From: Azolla caroliniana
Lineage: Eukaryota; Plantae; Polypodiophyta
NCBI GenBank assembly: GCA_043228905.1
Contig: JBHGNT010000021.1
Coordinates: 9,982,001 to 10,046,000 of the forward strand
Reading direction: 5' to 3'
Length of the DNA: 64,000 nt
The notes under the pieces are model-generated. The model was not told the origin of the DNA, searched no databases, and saw only the letters and a program-made list of their open reading frames with translations. Positions 36,501 through 47,796 of this stretch are shown here, in pieces. A program made the position numbers and the translations under genes. Within the stretch, counting starts at the first letter, position 1; every line of letters starts with the position of its first letter.

Positions 36501-37123
36501 TGAGGAAGTGTGTTGGCTTGTACTTTATCGAACACATCAGCATACTGACGATACTTCTCGGGAAGTTGAACGGTGGACTCCTCTTTGGTGGTGCTGGAGG
36601 GTTGTACTGATATTGCAAAGAGAAACATTTCCTCCTTGCGCCCTTCCTCACGCAACTGACGTAGCGAAATGGTTGCAACCTTCTGGGTAGATCCTTGGGT
36701 TTGTCGCAACCGGATTTCCCTTGTCCTCCAATCTATGTCTGGGTCATGTAACTCGAACCATGGTAATCCTAAAACTATGGGATGTTCTGGAATACTAATA
36801 ATATTAAATGATACTACACATGTTAAGTTATCTAGGACAATATTAACGGGTTCCGACTCTTCTATGATATTACCAGAAGCAATGGGACGACCATCAATGA
36901 CTACTACTGAGGCTGGACATGGGAGCTTTCTGAGAGATATCTGATGAGCTCGGGCAAAATTCCTATCCATGAAGCAAGAATTAGCTCCGGAATCTAGAAG
37001 GGCTAAGGTATGTACTGGAGGGGTACTTTTAGTACTAACTGCTACTTGGGCTACGAACACATCACTAACTTGCTTAGAGGGAATGGAACCACTAATGGGC
37101 TGCACAGATCTAGGGCTGTCCAA
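33566..37123 (-). CDS. pol: Pol polyprotein (PR-RT-RH-INT-chromodomain), in -1 frame to gag
   Basis: Same motifs as chromovirus A pol; frame is open up to the slippery site at 37156-37162; stop codon lies inside the 3' LTR. Confidence 0.95.
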   Translation of the reverse strand: MDSPRSVQPISGSIPSKQVSDVFVAQVAVSTKSTPPVHTLALLDSGANSCFMDRNFARAHQISLRKLPCPASVVVIDGRPIASGNIIEESEPVNIVLDNLTCVVSFNIISIPEHPIVLGLPWFELHDPDIDWRTREIRLRQTQGSTQKVATISLRQLREEGRKEEMFLFAISVQPSSTTKEESTVQLPEKYRQYADVFDKVQANTLPHHRPYDCAIDLQPGKEPPWGPIYNLSPTELEVLRAYIEENLENGFIRHSKSPAGAPIFFVKKKDGSLRLVVDYRGLNKVTVRNRYALPLISSLLERINGARFFTKIDLRGAYNLVRIRPGDEWKTAFRTRYGHFEYTVMPFGLTNAPAVFQHMANDIFRDLLDDFLIIYLDDLLVYSKTQEEHDSHVLLVLKRLREHGLYAKLEKCSFGCNQVEFLGYVISSEGISMDPAKVKTVIEWHTPRSVRDVQCFLGFANFYRKFIQNYSKIVLPLTQLTRKGQSFMWSKETDMAFESLKKAFTSAPILGHVDPEKPFIIEADASDFALGSILSQQGNDEKLHPVAFHSRKFDAAEINYEIHDKELLAIVDSFMQWRHFLEGSPHQVTVFSDHKNLAYFQDARVLNRRQARWAHFLTRFDFKITYRPGKHQGKADALSRRSYLTPRPGEPAFDNQKQVILGPARLQAAQVFDMPVDSDITNTIREDLKTDAFAQAILAQIDPSRASCSQSQSPGTDYRQFKYCDGLLFFKELLYVPNGSCRLRVVQNCHDTYTAGHFGSTKTLDLVQRSFWWPHMRQFVEDFVRTCDTCCRAKMPRHHPYGLLEPLPIPSKPWQSIALDFITDLPVSKGFSAILTVVDRYTKMAHFLPCTKEISSEDTAEIVMREVCRHHGLPDNIISDRGPQFVSKFWKHLFKMLKVTCNLSSGYHPQTDGQAERTNQTLEQYLRCFLNYHQNDWADILQFAEFAYNNAIHASTKVTPFYAYTGYHPRWCVLETPEVSTNPCAEDRLERLRKIQADLSTQLQQAQQSHKDYADRHRLPSSFNIGDRVWLLRRHIKTTRPCEKLDYRRLGPFRIIGKINDVAFRLELPPQLRIHPVFHSSLLEPYHESTIPGRTIQPPPPIELEDGPEYEVAAILDSKIVRNKLYYLVDWLGYSPSERTWEPIENVTNARALLEDFHRRYPEKPGPQSKTTRETRRFKGGIVS

Positions 37124-37149
37124 CCAAACGGCTCCTATTTTGGCTGGAC

Positions 37150-38319
37150 TTAGTCGTTTAACTCTTCTTCTAATTGGCTAAGGACATCAAATTTGTTTGC
37201 GAGATTCAGACTATTAGTACTATTAGGACTATTATGACTATGAGGATTATCAGAGATTCCTACTGAAATAGACTCGGGTTTAGTATAGTCAGAACTAACA
37301 ATGACTTGGTTTACCTGCCTTCTTGGTCTATGGGGACAGTTTATCGTGATATGCCCTGGTCCACCGCAATAAAGGCATAATCGGTTTGTTCGGCGTCGTT
37401 GCTTTTCCTCCTCCGATAGCGGCCCACGACGACGTGTAGTGTCAATTTCCATTGGAGTTGGAGTACTTACTGGAGGCGCATTATGTGACTCCCTTTGAAA
37501 AGGTTTCGCTACCACTGAGGCATAGGTAGGCTCGGATCTTGCCCTCGGCATCTGAAATTGTCGTTCCGAACGTCGCTCGAAGAGGCGGTTGTCACATCTG
37601 ACCGCTCGACTGATTGCTTCTGTTAATGATTTTGGCTCTTCAGGGAAAGTCAAGAGTAAATCCTTGACATCGTTGCGTAGACCATAGCGGAACTGCTCCA
37701 TCAATGCTTGATCATCCCAGGGGATATCGGCGGCGAGTAGGCGGAAATCTGCAGCATATGCGGAGGCTGGACGGTCACCTTGGCGTAATCGCCGGATTTT
37801 GTTGATTGCAGTCCTTATGCTGTCAGTATCTCCAAAACATGCTTTAAACTCACTTATGAATTCTTCAAAATTATTTAGTACTGGAGATTCCTTTTCTAGT
37901 AGCGGAGCGAACCATGCTAATGCTGAGCCATTTAACAACGTGCCTACTAAACCCACTCGTGATGCATCGGTGGGATATCGGGACGGATGCATTTGAATAA
38001 CTAACCGTACCTGGTTAAGAAACCCTCTAAACTGCGATCGCGTTCCATCGAACTTCGTGGGAAGGCCAATCTTGGGTTCTTTATGAATCCCTTGTGCTCC
38101 GTGCCCTTGTTGTTGCATTGCTACGATGGTTGCTTCGAGTTGTTGCACGCGTAACGCAAGTTCCCCATGCTGTTGTTGCGTTTGCTGCTTTTCTAAGGAA
38201 ATTTGCTGAAGATCCCCCAACAAGCGTTGATTTTCTTGTTCCAAAGCATGAAACTTCTCTTTCAAACATTGAAATTCCGAGAAAACGGATTGATACTCTT
38301 CAGCGCTAACGGTGGCCAT
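37150..38319 (-). CDS. gag: Gag with CCHC zinc knuckle
   Basis: 389 aa, closely similar to 12012-13169. Confidence 0.95.
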   Translation of the reverse strand: MATVSAEEYQSVFSEFQCLKEKFHALEQENQRLLGDLQQISLEKQQTQQQHGELALRVQQLEATIVAMQQQGHGAQGIHKEPKIGLPTKFDGTRSQFRGFLNQVRLVIQMHPSRYPTDASRVGLVGTLLNGSALAWFAPLLEKESPVLNNFEEFISEFKACFGDTDSIRTAINKIRRLRQGDRPASAYAADFRLLAADIPWDDQALMEQFRYGLRNDVKDLLLTFPEEPKSLTEAISRAVRCDNRLFERRSERQFQMPRARSEPTYASVVAKPFQRESHNAPPVSTPTPMEIDTTRRRGPLSEEEKQRRRTNRLCLYCGGPGHITINCPHRPRRQVNQVIVSSDYTKPESISVGISDNPHSHNSPNSTNSLNLANKFDVLSQLEEELND

Positions 38320-38408
38320 GGGATGAAGGAAAAGGGAAATAAGAGACTAGTAGGAAAGGAGGGAGACAGAAGGAAGAGGGAGACTAGTAGACCAAAATCG
38401 GTTCAAAC

Positions 38409-38537
38409 TGTCAGGAACTCTATTAAGGCAGAGAAGGAATTAGTACTAAAAGAAGGATTAGTACTATTGTTGGGGAATAGTACTAAGACAGAGAAGGATT
38501 AGTACTATGAGAGGTGTCGAACTTTGAGAGAAGGAAT

Positions 38538-38579
<42 letters not shown>

Positions 38580-38869
38580 TGATGCGAAAGATATATGTAT
38601 TATATGACGGAAGATATACAACAGTAGTTAGAAGGCTTAAGACTGGCGTTGAACCGATTTGGTTCGAACTAATGCCTTGCGCCTCCTTTTATAGTGTCTT
38701 CAGGAATACTCCTGAAGTTTCTAGAATGTTCCAGAGAAATCTGGAATATACATCAATTTCCCAATAAAACCTAAATGAAAATAATATCCTTCAAATTACA
38801 ATTCATACCCTAATGGTAAAGTCTCGACCCGTGTAACAAAAGGTTATGGGTTCGAGTCTAGTTATGACA
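38409..38869 (-). repeat. 5' LTR of chromovirus B
   Basis: Direct repeat of 33107-33573; TATAAAA on the minus strand at 38687-38693. Confidence 0.95.
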
Positions 38870-41800
38870 CATAAAGGAGGAATATCATGAAGTCTCCATC
38901 TTCGAACTTCTTCACAAATACGCAATGATCGGCCTGCGTCTTGTGGTACCCTTGATCGATCATGAAGGAGTCGAACTTCCGGTACCATTGCCGGGGAGCC
39001 TGCTTCAAACCGTAGAGACTCACCTTCAACCGGCAAACCAGGTGCTCCTTCCCTTTCTTCACAAATCCCTCCGGTTACTGCATGTAGATCTCCTCTTCGA
39101 GGTCGCCGTGGAGGAATTCCGTCTTCACTTCTAACTGCTCTACCTTGAGGTCCATGCTTGCCGCTATGCTCAGCACCGTCCGGATGGAAGTCATCTTTAC
39201 TACCGGGGCAAATATCTCGTCGAAGTTCATGCCCTTCTTCTGCTAGAACCCCTTCACCACGATCCTGGCTTTGTATCTCAGGGGGTTACCGACATCTCCC
39301 AGTTTGAACTTGTACACCCACTTATTTCGGAGTGCTCGCTTTCCTTTCGGCAACACCACTAGTTCATATGTGTGGTTCTCATGCAGGAAATCCAACTCGT
39401 CCTGCATGGAACTTAACCACTTGCGGCTATGGGTGTCCTCCCTCACTTCTTTGAAGCTTTCCAGCTCCCCCTCATCGGTTAGCAACACGCGCTCTGCATC
39501 CGAAAATCTCTGGGGGGGGCTTCTCTCTTTGAGAGGATATCTGCGTCTTTGGTTTCCGGAAACCGGCTCCTCTGTTTGTTCTTCATCCGAATCTGATTCG
39601 GGATCTTGGCCGGTTCCGATTCCTGCTTCCTCTTCTTCTTTTGCCGGTTCGGTTTCCTCTCCGTAACCGACCGGTTCTTCGAGTGTCAACCAGGTCTTAG
39701 CCAAGTAGGTCTGTATCTTATCGAACCAATCCTTACCGGTCGACTCGGAGTTCATTATCTTCTTCTCCGACTCCCAGTCGGCAAGGGTGTTGTCCTCCAT
39801 GAAGATAATATCTTGACTCAGGAAAATCTTCTTGTCGACCGGATCCCACACTCGGTAGCCGAACTCATCATCGTCATATCCGAGGAATATGCAAGGCCGG
39901 GACTTTGGATCCAACTTTGCTCTCCGGTCCTTTGCAACATGCATGTAAACGAGACACCTGAAAACCTTCATATGCCAGTAAGACACTTCCTTACCGGTTC
40001 ACACTCTCTGTGGCGTGTCTCCGTCCAAGGGCACTGAGGGTGATTTGTTTATTATGTACGTCATTGTCGCCAGTGCCTCAGCCCAAAACTTCTTGGGTAA
40101 CTTTGCATGTGCCAGCATACTCCGAACCCTCTCCATTATGGTCCGGTTCATCCTCTTGGCCAGCCCGTTTAGTTTCGGCGTCTTCGGCACAGTAAATTCG
40201 AGCCGGATTCCCTTCGAGCAGCAATACTCCTCCAACTACCCCCGGTATTCTCCTCCATTATCTGCTCGAACCGCCTTCAGCTTCCAGCCGGTTTCTCTTT
40301 CCACTCTTGCATGGAGCTCCTTGAAGACAAATAACACATGATCCTTTGTCTTCAATGGTGTGGCCCATAGCTTTTGGCTGTGGTCGTCTATGAACATCAC
40401 GAAGTACTGCGATCTGGCATGTGACTTCGTGACCACTTGACACACATCGGTATGCACCAGCTCTAGTGGTGCATTACGTCTCATCGGTGGTCTTGAGCGG
40501 AAGGAGGTCCGGTTTTGCTTACCAGCCTGGCAGTCGGTGCACTTCTCAAGATGCACGTCTTTCACCGGAATGAGGTTGTCATCGGCAAGCCTCTTCATCC
40601 CCTTCTCACTCCTGTGATACAGTCTCTTGTGCCACAGCTCACCGGCAGTGTCAGAAGCAACGTTCACTTCTTCCGAGCATAACCGGGCATTCATCAGGTA
40701 CAATGTGTTGCCTTTCCGGGCCCGAGCCAATATTAGGCTCCCTTTGTTGAACTTCATAACACCATTCCAGATGCTACCCGTGTAGCCTTCATCATCTAGC
40801 CAACCGGCTGATATCAAGTTCAGTCGAACCTCCAGAACATGTTGGACATCCTTCAGCAGCAACTTGCATCCGGTTGATGTCATCAATAGCACGTCTCCTA
40901 TGCCAATCATTCAGCATGTCCCTTCATTCCCCATCCGGACACAGTCGTGCCCACGGGCTATGTATGATGAGAAGCATTTCCGGTCCAAGGTAAGGTGGAA
41001 CGAGGGTCCGGAATCGACAACCCACATTGTCTCGTCGGCGGCAAGGTTCAACTCACTCTCCTCGGTAATGAGCATCAACTCCTCTTCACTTGCCACGATT
41101 CCCGTCGTTCCCTTCCGGTCTGGTCCTCTCCGATCTTTGCCGTTCCAATCCGGTGACCGCTTCGAATCGGTATAGTCGGTTTCCTTGTCTTTCCGGAAAT
41201 GCCGACAGTTCTTCTGGAAATGCCCCGGCTTCCCACAGTAGAAGCAAGTGGGCCTTCCCCTTGACTTTGACCGTGTCCCCGACTTTTCCCGGTTCTAGGG
41301 ACTCTGATTTCTTTGTCTTCCGCGTTCCGATTCGGTAAGGAGCGCTTTGGAGTCGGAGCTCGTATCCTTGTCTTTCTGACGCACCTCCTCATCTAGCAAG
41401 CTCGACTTGACTCTTGCTAGGGATAGTTGTTTTCCTTCCGGCCCGACGTTGCCCAAAGTGACAACTAACATCTCCCAGCTATCCGAGAGGGAACCGAGCA
41501 AGAGTAGAGCAAGTACCTCATCGGCGAGAGGTACTTCCAACGAGGTTGCCTGGTGAATCAGCCCTTGGAAGGCATTCATGTGCTCCGCCATACTGGAGCC
41601 ATCTTGGTACCAGAGCCTCACTAGCTTCCGAAATACCGAAAACCGATTAACAACATTTTTGTTCTGAAACATAATGTTGATCTTCTCCCAGAGCTCAGGA
41701 GCCTTACTCTCTTCATTGAAGTTGTTGTACAGGCTCATGTTGATGAAGCACCGTATGTACGTCGTTGTCTTCATGTGCATCACCTCCCATATCGTGGCAT

Positions 41801-41939
41801 CGATCTTGTCTGGTCTTTTGTTCCCGAACTGAACTGGCAACCAAAGATCTTTAACCACGAGCATGTCCCTCATCTTCGACTTCCACACTGAGTAGTTGGA
41901 GCCGGTGAGCTTGAACATGCCGCCAAATGAATCTTCCAT
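38870..41939 (-). pseudogene. Copia B gag-pol 5' part (Gag, PR, INT, RT start)
   Basis: MEDSFGGMFKLTGSNYSVWK, WVVDSG, VHTDVC, YKARIVVKGF, LYGLKQAPRQWY; several stops. Confidence 0.92.
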
Positions 41940-41969
41940 TTTTTGTGTTGTTTCGCTCTGATACCAAAT

Positions 41970-42250
41970 TGATAGGAAATATGCGGAATATTGCTCGGCC
42001 ACAACCGAGTCTTAGGATCAACCTCAGAAAGATGGTTATAGGAAGAAATGCATGTATACACACAAACAATAAAGCAAGAGAAAGTACACAGGATGTTTAC
42101 GTGGAAAACCCTAAACGGGAAAAAACCAGGGGAGCCCACTAGCTCCAACTATCACTATGTAGAGGGAATACAACAGGAGGAGCACAGAGGCAACGACCTC
42201 GTGCTCTCAATCTTTGCCTGACGAAAGTTACAACAGAGACACGCTCTGTA

Positions 42251-42317
<67 letters not shown>

Positions 42318-42626
42318 TTATCTATCTATCTATCTCTGTTACGCTCTGTACAGCAATTACACCAATAACTCTATACAAAATAATGACAACACTTTGATAC
42401 TATTTGCCCTAGGTCATATTTATACTAATATGACTTTCGGGCTATTTACGAATATAGCCCCAGTGGGCTCTCTGGAACATATTTACATATATATCCCTTC
42501 ATCCGGTGAGAGGTTCTCACCGGGCCTGCAACATCCGGTTCTCACCGGGTCTTCCTTGCTGGGTACTCATCATCCAGTTCTCATCGGGCATTCATCATCC
42601 CATCCGGAGGGACCGAAATCCTAACA
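41970..42626 (-). repeat. 5' LTR of Copia B
   Basis: Adjacent to the PBS; direct repeat of 31504-32137. Confidence 0.93.
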
Positions 42627-42631
42627 TGTTC

Positions 42632-42755
42632 TTGTCATGCACACTACAACTAAGAAGGAGCACCGCTCCTTCTTCATCCTTGTTGTCCTTGCATCACGAT
42701 TCGGAGTAGATCAGAACAATTCCCTCTTAGTTTTTTGCTCTATCGACTTACAACA
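42632..42755 (+). repeat. 3' LTR of Copia A, second part
   Basis: Matches 3176-3299; ends CAACA followed by the TSD GACTC. Confidence 0.9.
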
Positions 42756-42874
42756 GACTCCATAGAAGCTCACTCTACCACCATGGCTGCATCAGGGATA
42801 AAGATGGAAGGAGGTGAAGGGATTTGGAAGAGAAGAGAATGAGGTGGAGGTATGGGATATGGAGATTCTTCTAA

Positions 42875-43117
42875 TCAGGCTTGGATGTTGCAATCACGAG
42901 TGAAATGGCCGTTCTAGCCGCACTGCACTTGAAGAAGCACTCGTTGTCGGCTCCGCAAGCTCCACCATATCCCCATGAGGTCCTCCTTGGCTTAGCTTAG
43001 CCATCTCCTCCATATCCACTACCTCCTTCAGAGGAGGAGGCACAGTCTTTAGAGAGATGGCCAGTCTCTCCACACATATAGCAAGCTCCCCTACCTACGC
43101 TTGGGCATGCTCTTGCT
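42875..43117 (-). pseudogene. Glycine-rich CCHC zinc-knuckle gene fragment (cold-shock-domain/GRP2-like C-terminus)
   Basis: ARACPSVGRGACYMCGETGHLSKDC, Gly/Tyr linker with a stop, then a broken CFKCG*NGHFTRDCNIQA* knuckle. Confidence 0.65.
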
Positions 43118-43781
43118 TCTATATCGGACTGTGCAGATCGTATTAGTTGAGCGACATGCACCGTCCGTGGTCGTGATTCCCTCACCAAGTGGTTAATAGA
43201 CACGTTGATGGTCATGTTTATGTATATGTATAGACCGTCATGTATGTATGTATGCCCATGCTTGTCTCTAATTGCTACCAAATCATAAAGAGGCATGGCG
43301 AGGGAATCGCGGCCACAGACGGTGCATGTCATAAAGATTTTCGCCAACTGATGTGATTTGCACCGTCCTTGTAGCCAAGGGTGCGTTGTCGTAAAGATTT
43401 TCGCCAACGGTGTGAAAATTGAATGGAATGTACAAAATCGAGTGTGGTTCTTCACACACAACATAAAACAATAATAGTGAAGATACTACTTTATACTAGT
43501 TTAATATCTTGGTACAAAAATATGGAGGTCCTCAAGAGCTTCCGAATGTACTTTATTACATTTGAAACGGACAACTAAATGTCAAGTTATGTGAATGTGA
43601 AGTTTGAGAAGAAGAAGAGAAAAACAAAATTGTGAGACATCCTACATAGATAGGAGGACAACATCAGGATTTAAGAGTACATAAGTAGAGCCATATCTCT
43701 TTATATTTTATCTACGTGCTAAGAGCACAAAAAGGTTTGGTTGTATAACTTGGATGAATGGATGCAGCCAAGTTATTCAAA

Positions 43782-43950
43782 TAGTGTTTTGGACGGACCC
43801 GGACCCGGACAGACGGCGACGGAACCAGACCCGAACCTGGACCTGGACGAACGGCGACGGAACTGGAGCTGGAGCCGTAACCGGACGGCAATGGAACCGG
43901 AACCGGAACGAACAGACCGAATCACCGGGTCGGAAGCAAACCGGATAGGT
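43782..43950 (+). mobile_element. Possible hAT-type DNA transposon terminus
   Basis: TAGTGTTTT followed by clustered ACCGG/ACGG repeats; no matching other end found. Confidence 0.35.
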
Positions 43951-44603
43951 TGATCGCGACAATTTCGGTGTGAAACCTATTAAAAATTTGTAATCAAAGG
44001 GATGCAAGGAAAGCTTGAACCTTGCACCTCCAAGATATGAGGCAATAAACTTACCACTAAGCCAAGTCATGTCTTTAGAATTGTTTTTACTATCATTATA
44101 CTTTCTCATGTAAATTCTCATACATGAGAGCTTCAATGACTGACATGGTTATCATGGAACACATGTAATACATGAGCACCAAATGGCAAACATGCATCTC
44201 ATGCATGTCTTGCACCCTCACAAGCATCATATGCATGGGGGCATCTATAAAAGAGTGGATGGAGAGGAAAAACGGGCTATGTATTAATCAAGAAATTAAA
44301 AAACAAAAAATAAATCGTTATCCAATTGATGATGCATCTTGTTCTTCAAATCAAAAGTCAAGAGTTCAATCTTAATCTCTCTCTCCATTTCAATCTTTCT
44401 CAATCTGTTTCAAAATTGTAATCTTAATCTCAATCTATCTTAAATCCTTTCTCGCTAAAGCTAGTGCAATCTTCGAGTCCTTCCGGTCCAGAACCCCGGC
44501 GGTTATACCTCACGATCCGCACATAGTGACGGATCTTCATGACAGCGTACAATCTGCGCTGTCCGATCTGGATAAAAAAAAACGTGCCGTCAAAAAAGTT
44601 GAC

Positions 44604-45021
44604 AGCCTTTGTCACCAGGAACCCGAATCTCTGATAGCCTCTATCACCAGGAGCCCGACCGACTCAAAACAGGAGCCCGACTCACTGTTAGCCTTTGTCA
44701 CCAAGAGCTTGACCATCTTAGGGAAGGAGCCAGACTCAAATTCAAACATCATGAACTTCAAAAAATTCTTAATGTAAAACAAAAAATTTGCCATCAAAAT
44801 CTTACATCAAAATTCCTCTAAAAAATAAAAAACCTCCAATTACACAAAATGTAAAACTTCAAATTACACTTAGGTTAAAGCTTAAAACTTCCAATCACAC
44901 ATCGAAATTAAAACTTAAAGCTTAAAATTACACACCTTAAAACTCAAAAATTTCCAATTACACCAAACTTAAAACTCCAAGCTTCAAATTACACACCTTA
45001 AAACCCCAAAACTTAAAACTC
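44604..45021. repeat. Degenerate short tandem repeats
   Basis: GCCTTTGTCACCAGGAGCCCGA-like units at 44604-44740 and AAAACTCCAAATTACACA-like units at 44830-45021. Confidence 0.6.
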
Positions 45022-45602
45022 AAATGGGAGATATTATAGATACATTGAAACTCATACCTTCGAAAATTTCGCAAACTTAACAATTTTCCCACCACAAAAT
45101 GTTCCGTACATCACAAAATGCAAAAAACCAAAGTTGCTAAACCATAGTTTGAATCTTTGTTCCATACTTTTTGCTTCTTGGTAAAATTTTGGAAACAAAC
45201 ATCAAAATGGACGCTATAGTATTGTATCTTAATGTATTCCTCTTCACCCTACCTATTTAACCAACATTTACCATGTTTGCTCTATCCTTGGGCTTGTAGG
45301 TATCTATCTATATATATACATACATACACACACACACACACGCACGCACACACACAAGTCTGAACTTTGAGACCATCCTTCACAATAGTGGTACTATGTG
45401 GTATTTGATTATGCTAAGTGTTGCCTATGTGTGTAGGCTCCAAAATGCTTTGGAATATTTTGGGAACAAGAACATATGTCAAGAACTTAAATGAAATACA
45501 TATTTGAGAAGTATTGGTATCTAAGTGTATGCTTATATGTATGTTAAATCCACTGCATACATATGTATGACAATAAAATGTTCTATTTTTCATTCTTACA
45601 AT

Positions 45603-46422
45603 TGTTAGGTGGTCGGATCAACCAATGTAGTCAAGTATATAGGTCGACAAACCAATATAATGACAGTCGAAATAGTAGTCGTAGTCATAACCGACAAGTG
45701 TGAAAGGAGATAGTCGAAAATCATTATTAATCGAAAATTATTATTGCCAAGTGGAAAAAATAGGACAAGTGGTTGTAATCGTAGGTTCTTGCCGAATGGC
45801 AATTGTAAAATCTTGGTAAGGTCTCTCAGGTCGCCTATAAAAAGGGGCCGAAAGCATTGTAACAACATCGGTCTGTCTTACTATGAGTTTAATATAATTT
45901 TGTTAGTTAGAGTATATTCTATGTCTTGACCTACTATTCAGAATTTCTCTTACTTGGAATGCGTATAACGAATAATTTATTGTTGAGCGGGCAAGCTCAA
46001 CCGGATCCGGATCGGAGAACCGGATAAGTACCCGGATCGGTGTCCGGATAGATCGATATCCGGAACCTAGAGCCAAACCGGAGAACTAGATCGTACACCT
46101 GAATAGTGAGAACCGGTAGGCCGTTGGAGCCTACGGTCTGAGCCTAGTACGTAGGCATATTCCTTGGAGTTAGCGTCAGTCACTCGTATGAGCATTGAAG
46201 TACATGTTAGTACTTTTGTCAGACCTTTTAAGGACTTGTATAAAAAGTGTTTTGTAGGACATTTATATATAGAGAGTGTTGTTATTTTGGATATAGAGGT
46301 TTACTGTTTTGCTCTCTCTGTCTCTCCCGTGTATTCAAGCTTTCCATTAAACCTCCGTTCTGTGTTCTGTTGTTAACCGGACTAGCAAGTTTTGCCTTAG
46401 TTTCCGCATATTAACTTTTACA
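45603..46422 (+). repeat. 5' LTR of Copia C
   Basis: TGTTA...TTACA immediately before the tRNA-iMet-type PBS; left edge inferred from the TG only. Confidence 0.75.
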
Positions 46423-47796
46423 TGGTATCCGAGCACGAGGGTTGAGAACCTCTGTTATCGACAAGCGACCTCTATAGACAAACCCTAATCACTAGTAAAG
46501 AACATAAGGAAGAGGGAAGATATGGACAAAAGCATGGCGAGGTCACTTCCTACAGAAAAGCTCGACCGGAGAAACTATACCTCTTGGTCGTATAAAATGC
46601 ACTAGTACCTACATGGAAGGAGCAAATGTAACAACACCGGATTCGGCACACAAGGACTTCCCTGCATGGGAGCAAGGAGCGAGTAGAGTGTTGTACTACC
46701 TCGCATCATGTGTGTACGATCAGATGCTTGGCTACATCAAAGACGCAAAGTTGCCGAAGGAGGCCTGGGAAAATCTTCGGAAGATTTTTTCCGCAAGTAC
46801 CACGACTCGGAAGTTGCAGCTCCGACAAGAGCTCAACAGTATCCGACAATGTGACATGTCGGTTACCAACTACACCACCAAACAAAGAGATCTACGACGC
46901 GCTCGGTTCCATTAACGTGACAATGGATGAAGGCGAGATGATCCAGATCTGCCTCAGTGGTCTACCACAACAGTACGAGCCAATCCGGACAATGATTTGC
47001 ACCAGGGAGAAATCACTATCTTTCTTCAACCTGCAATCGATGTTGATGGTTGAAGAGAACCACACGAGTGGATCGAGAACCATTGAATCGGACAACCGGA
47101 TGTTGTACACATAGGCAGATCGGCCCCATGGGCGTGGAGGACGAGGTGGGTCAGCAAGCAATGGAGGTAGCTGGCAGTCCAGCAAAATCAGAGGCAAAGA
47201 GATAGTGCCGACAACAGTTCCAGACCGTCCATGAGGAAGAGGAGTCAAAACGGCGTCGGAAACCGGCAAAAGAATGCTGAAACGGAATGTTGGTATTGTG
47301 GCAAGAAAGGCTACCAGGAGAGCAAGTGCTAGAAGAAGTGCGTCGATTCAGATAAATCTGATCCGGCAAAGCCCGCACTACTCTGAAGGATCGAAAGGAT
47401 CCAGGACTGGAAAGACCGAAAAAGGGTCAACCTTTGTGATGAAACACAAGGCGAACTCGATGATGAAGACCACTTCCGGATCAGAGGAAGTGTGGTATGT
47501 TGACTCCAGAGCATAAAATCACATGACGAGCCACGAAGAGTGGTTCTCATACTTGGAGAAAGCAGAGTAACCGGGAGTTGTCGAAATTGGAGACAACACT
47601 CTGCACCCGATTGTGCATGTCGGAGAAGTTCCATTGAGTCATGTCGGACAAAAGGGGAAGCTTATGAACATGCTTCACGTCCCGACAATCACAAAGAACC
47701 TGGTATCGGTCGGGTGTCGACCAAGGGATGTAGGTGCGGTTAACACACCTCGGGTGTTTCATCAAGGAAGAAGGCCAGATAATCGCGCAAGGGCGT

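Larger units (their letters stand above)
33107..38869 (-). mobile_element. Intact chromovirus Ty3/Gypsy B (sister family of A)
   Basis: TSD CATAA (33102-33106, 38870-38874); LTRs 33107-33573 and 38409-38869 appear to differ only in (GA)n length; intact ORFs. Confidence 0.97.
31504..42626 (-). mobile_element. Copia LTR retrotransposon B (Tork/Tnt1-like) inserted in the Copia A 3' LTR
   Basis: TSD TGTTC (31499-31503, 42627-42631), LTRs 31504-32137 and 41970-42626, perfect PBS TGGTATCAGAGC at 41955-41966, PPT at 32140-32149. Confidence 0.95.
2933..42755 (+). mobile_element. Copia LTR retrotransposon A (outer element of the nest; degenerate)
   Basis: TSD GACTC at 2928-2932 and 42756-42760. 5' LTR 2933-3299, PBS at 3301, Gag-PR-INT-RT-RH order at 27155-31124, purine tract at about 31243-31253, 3' LTR split by Copia B. 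Confidence 0.93.
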
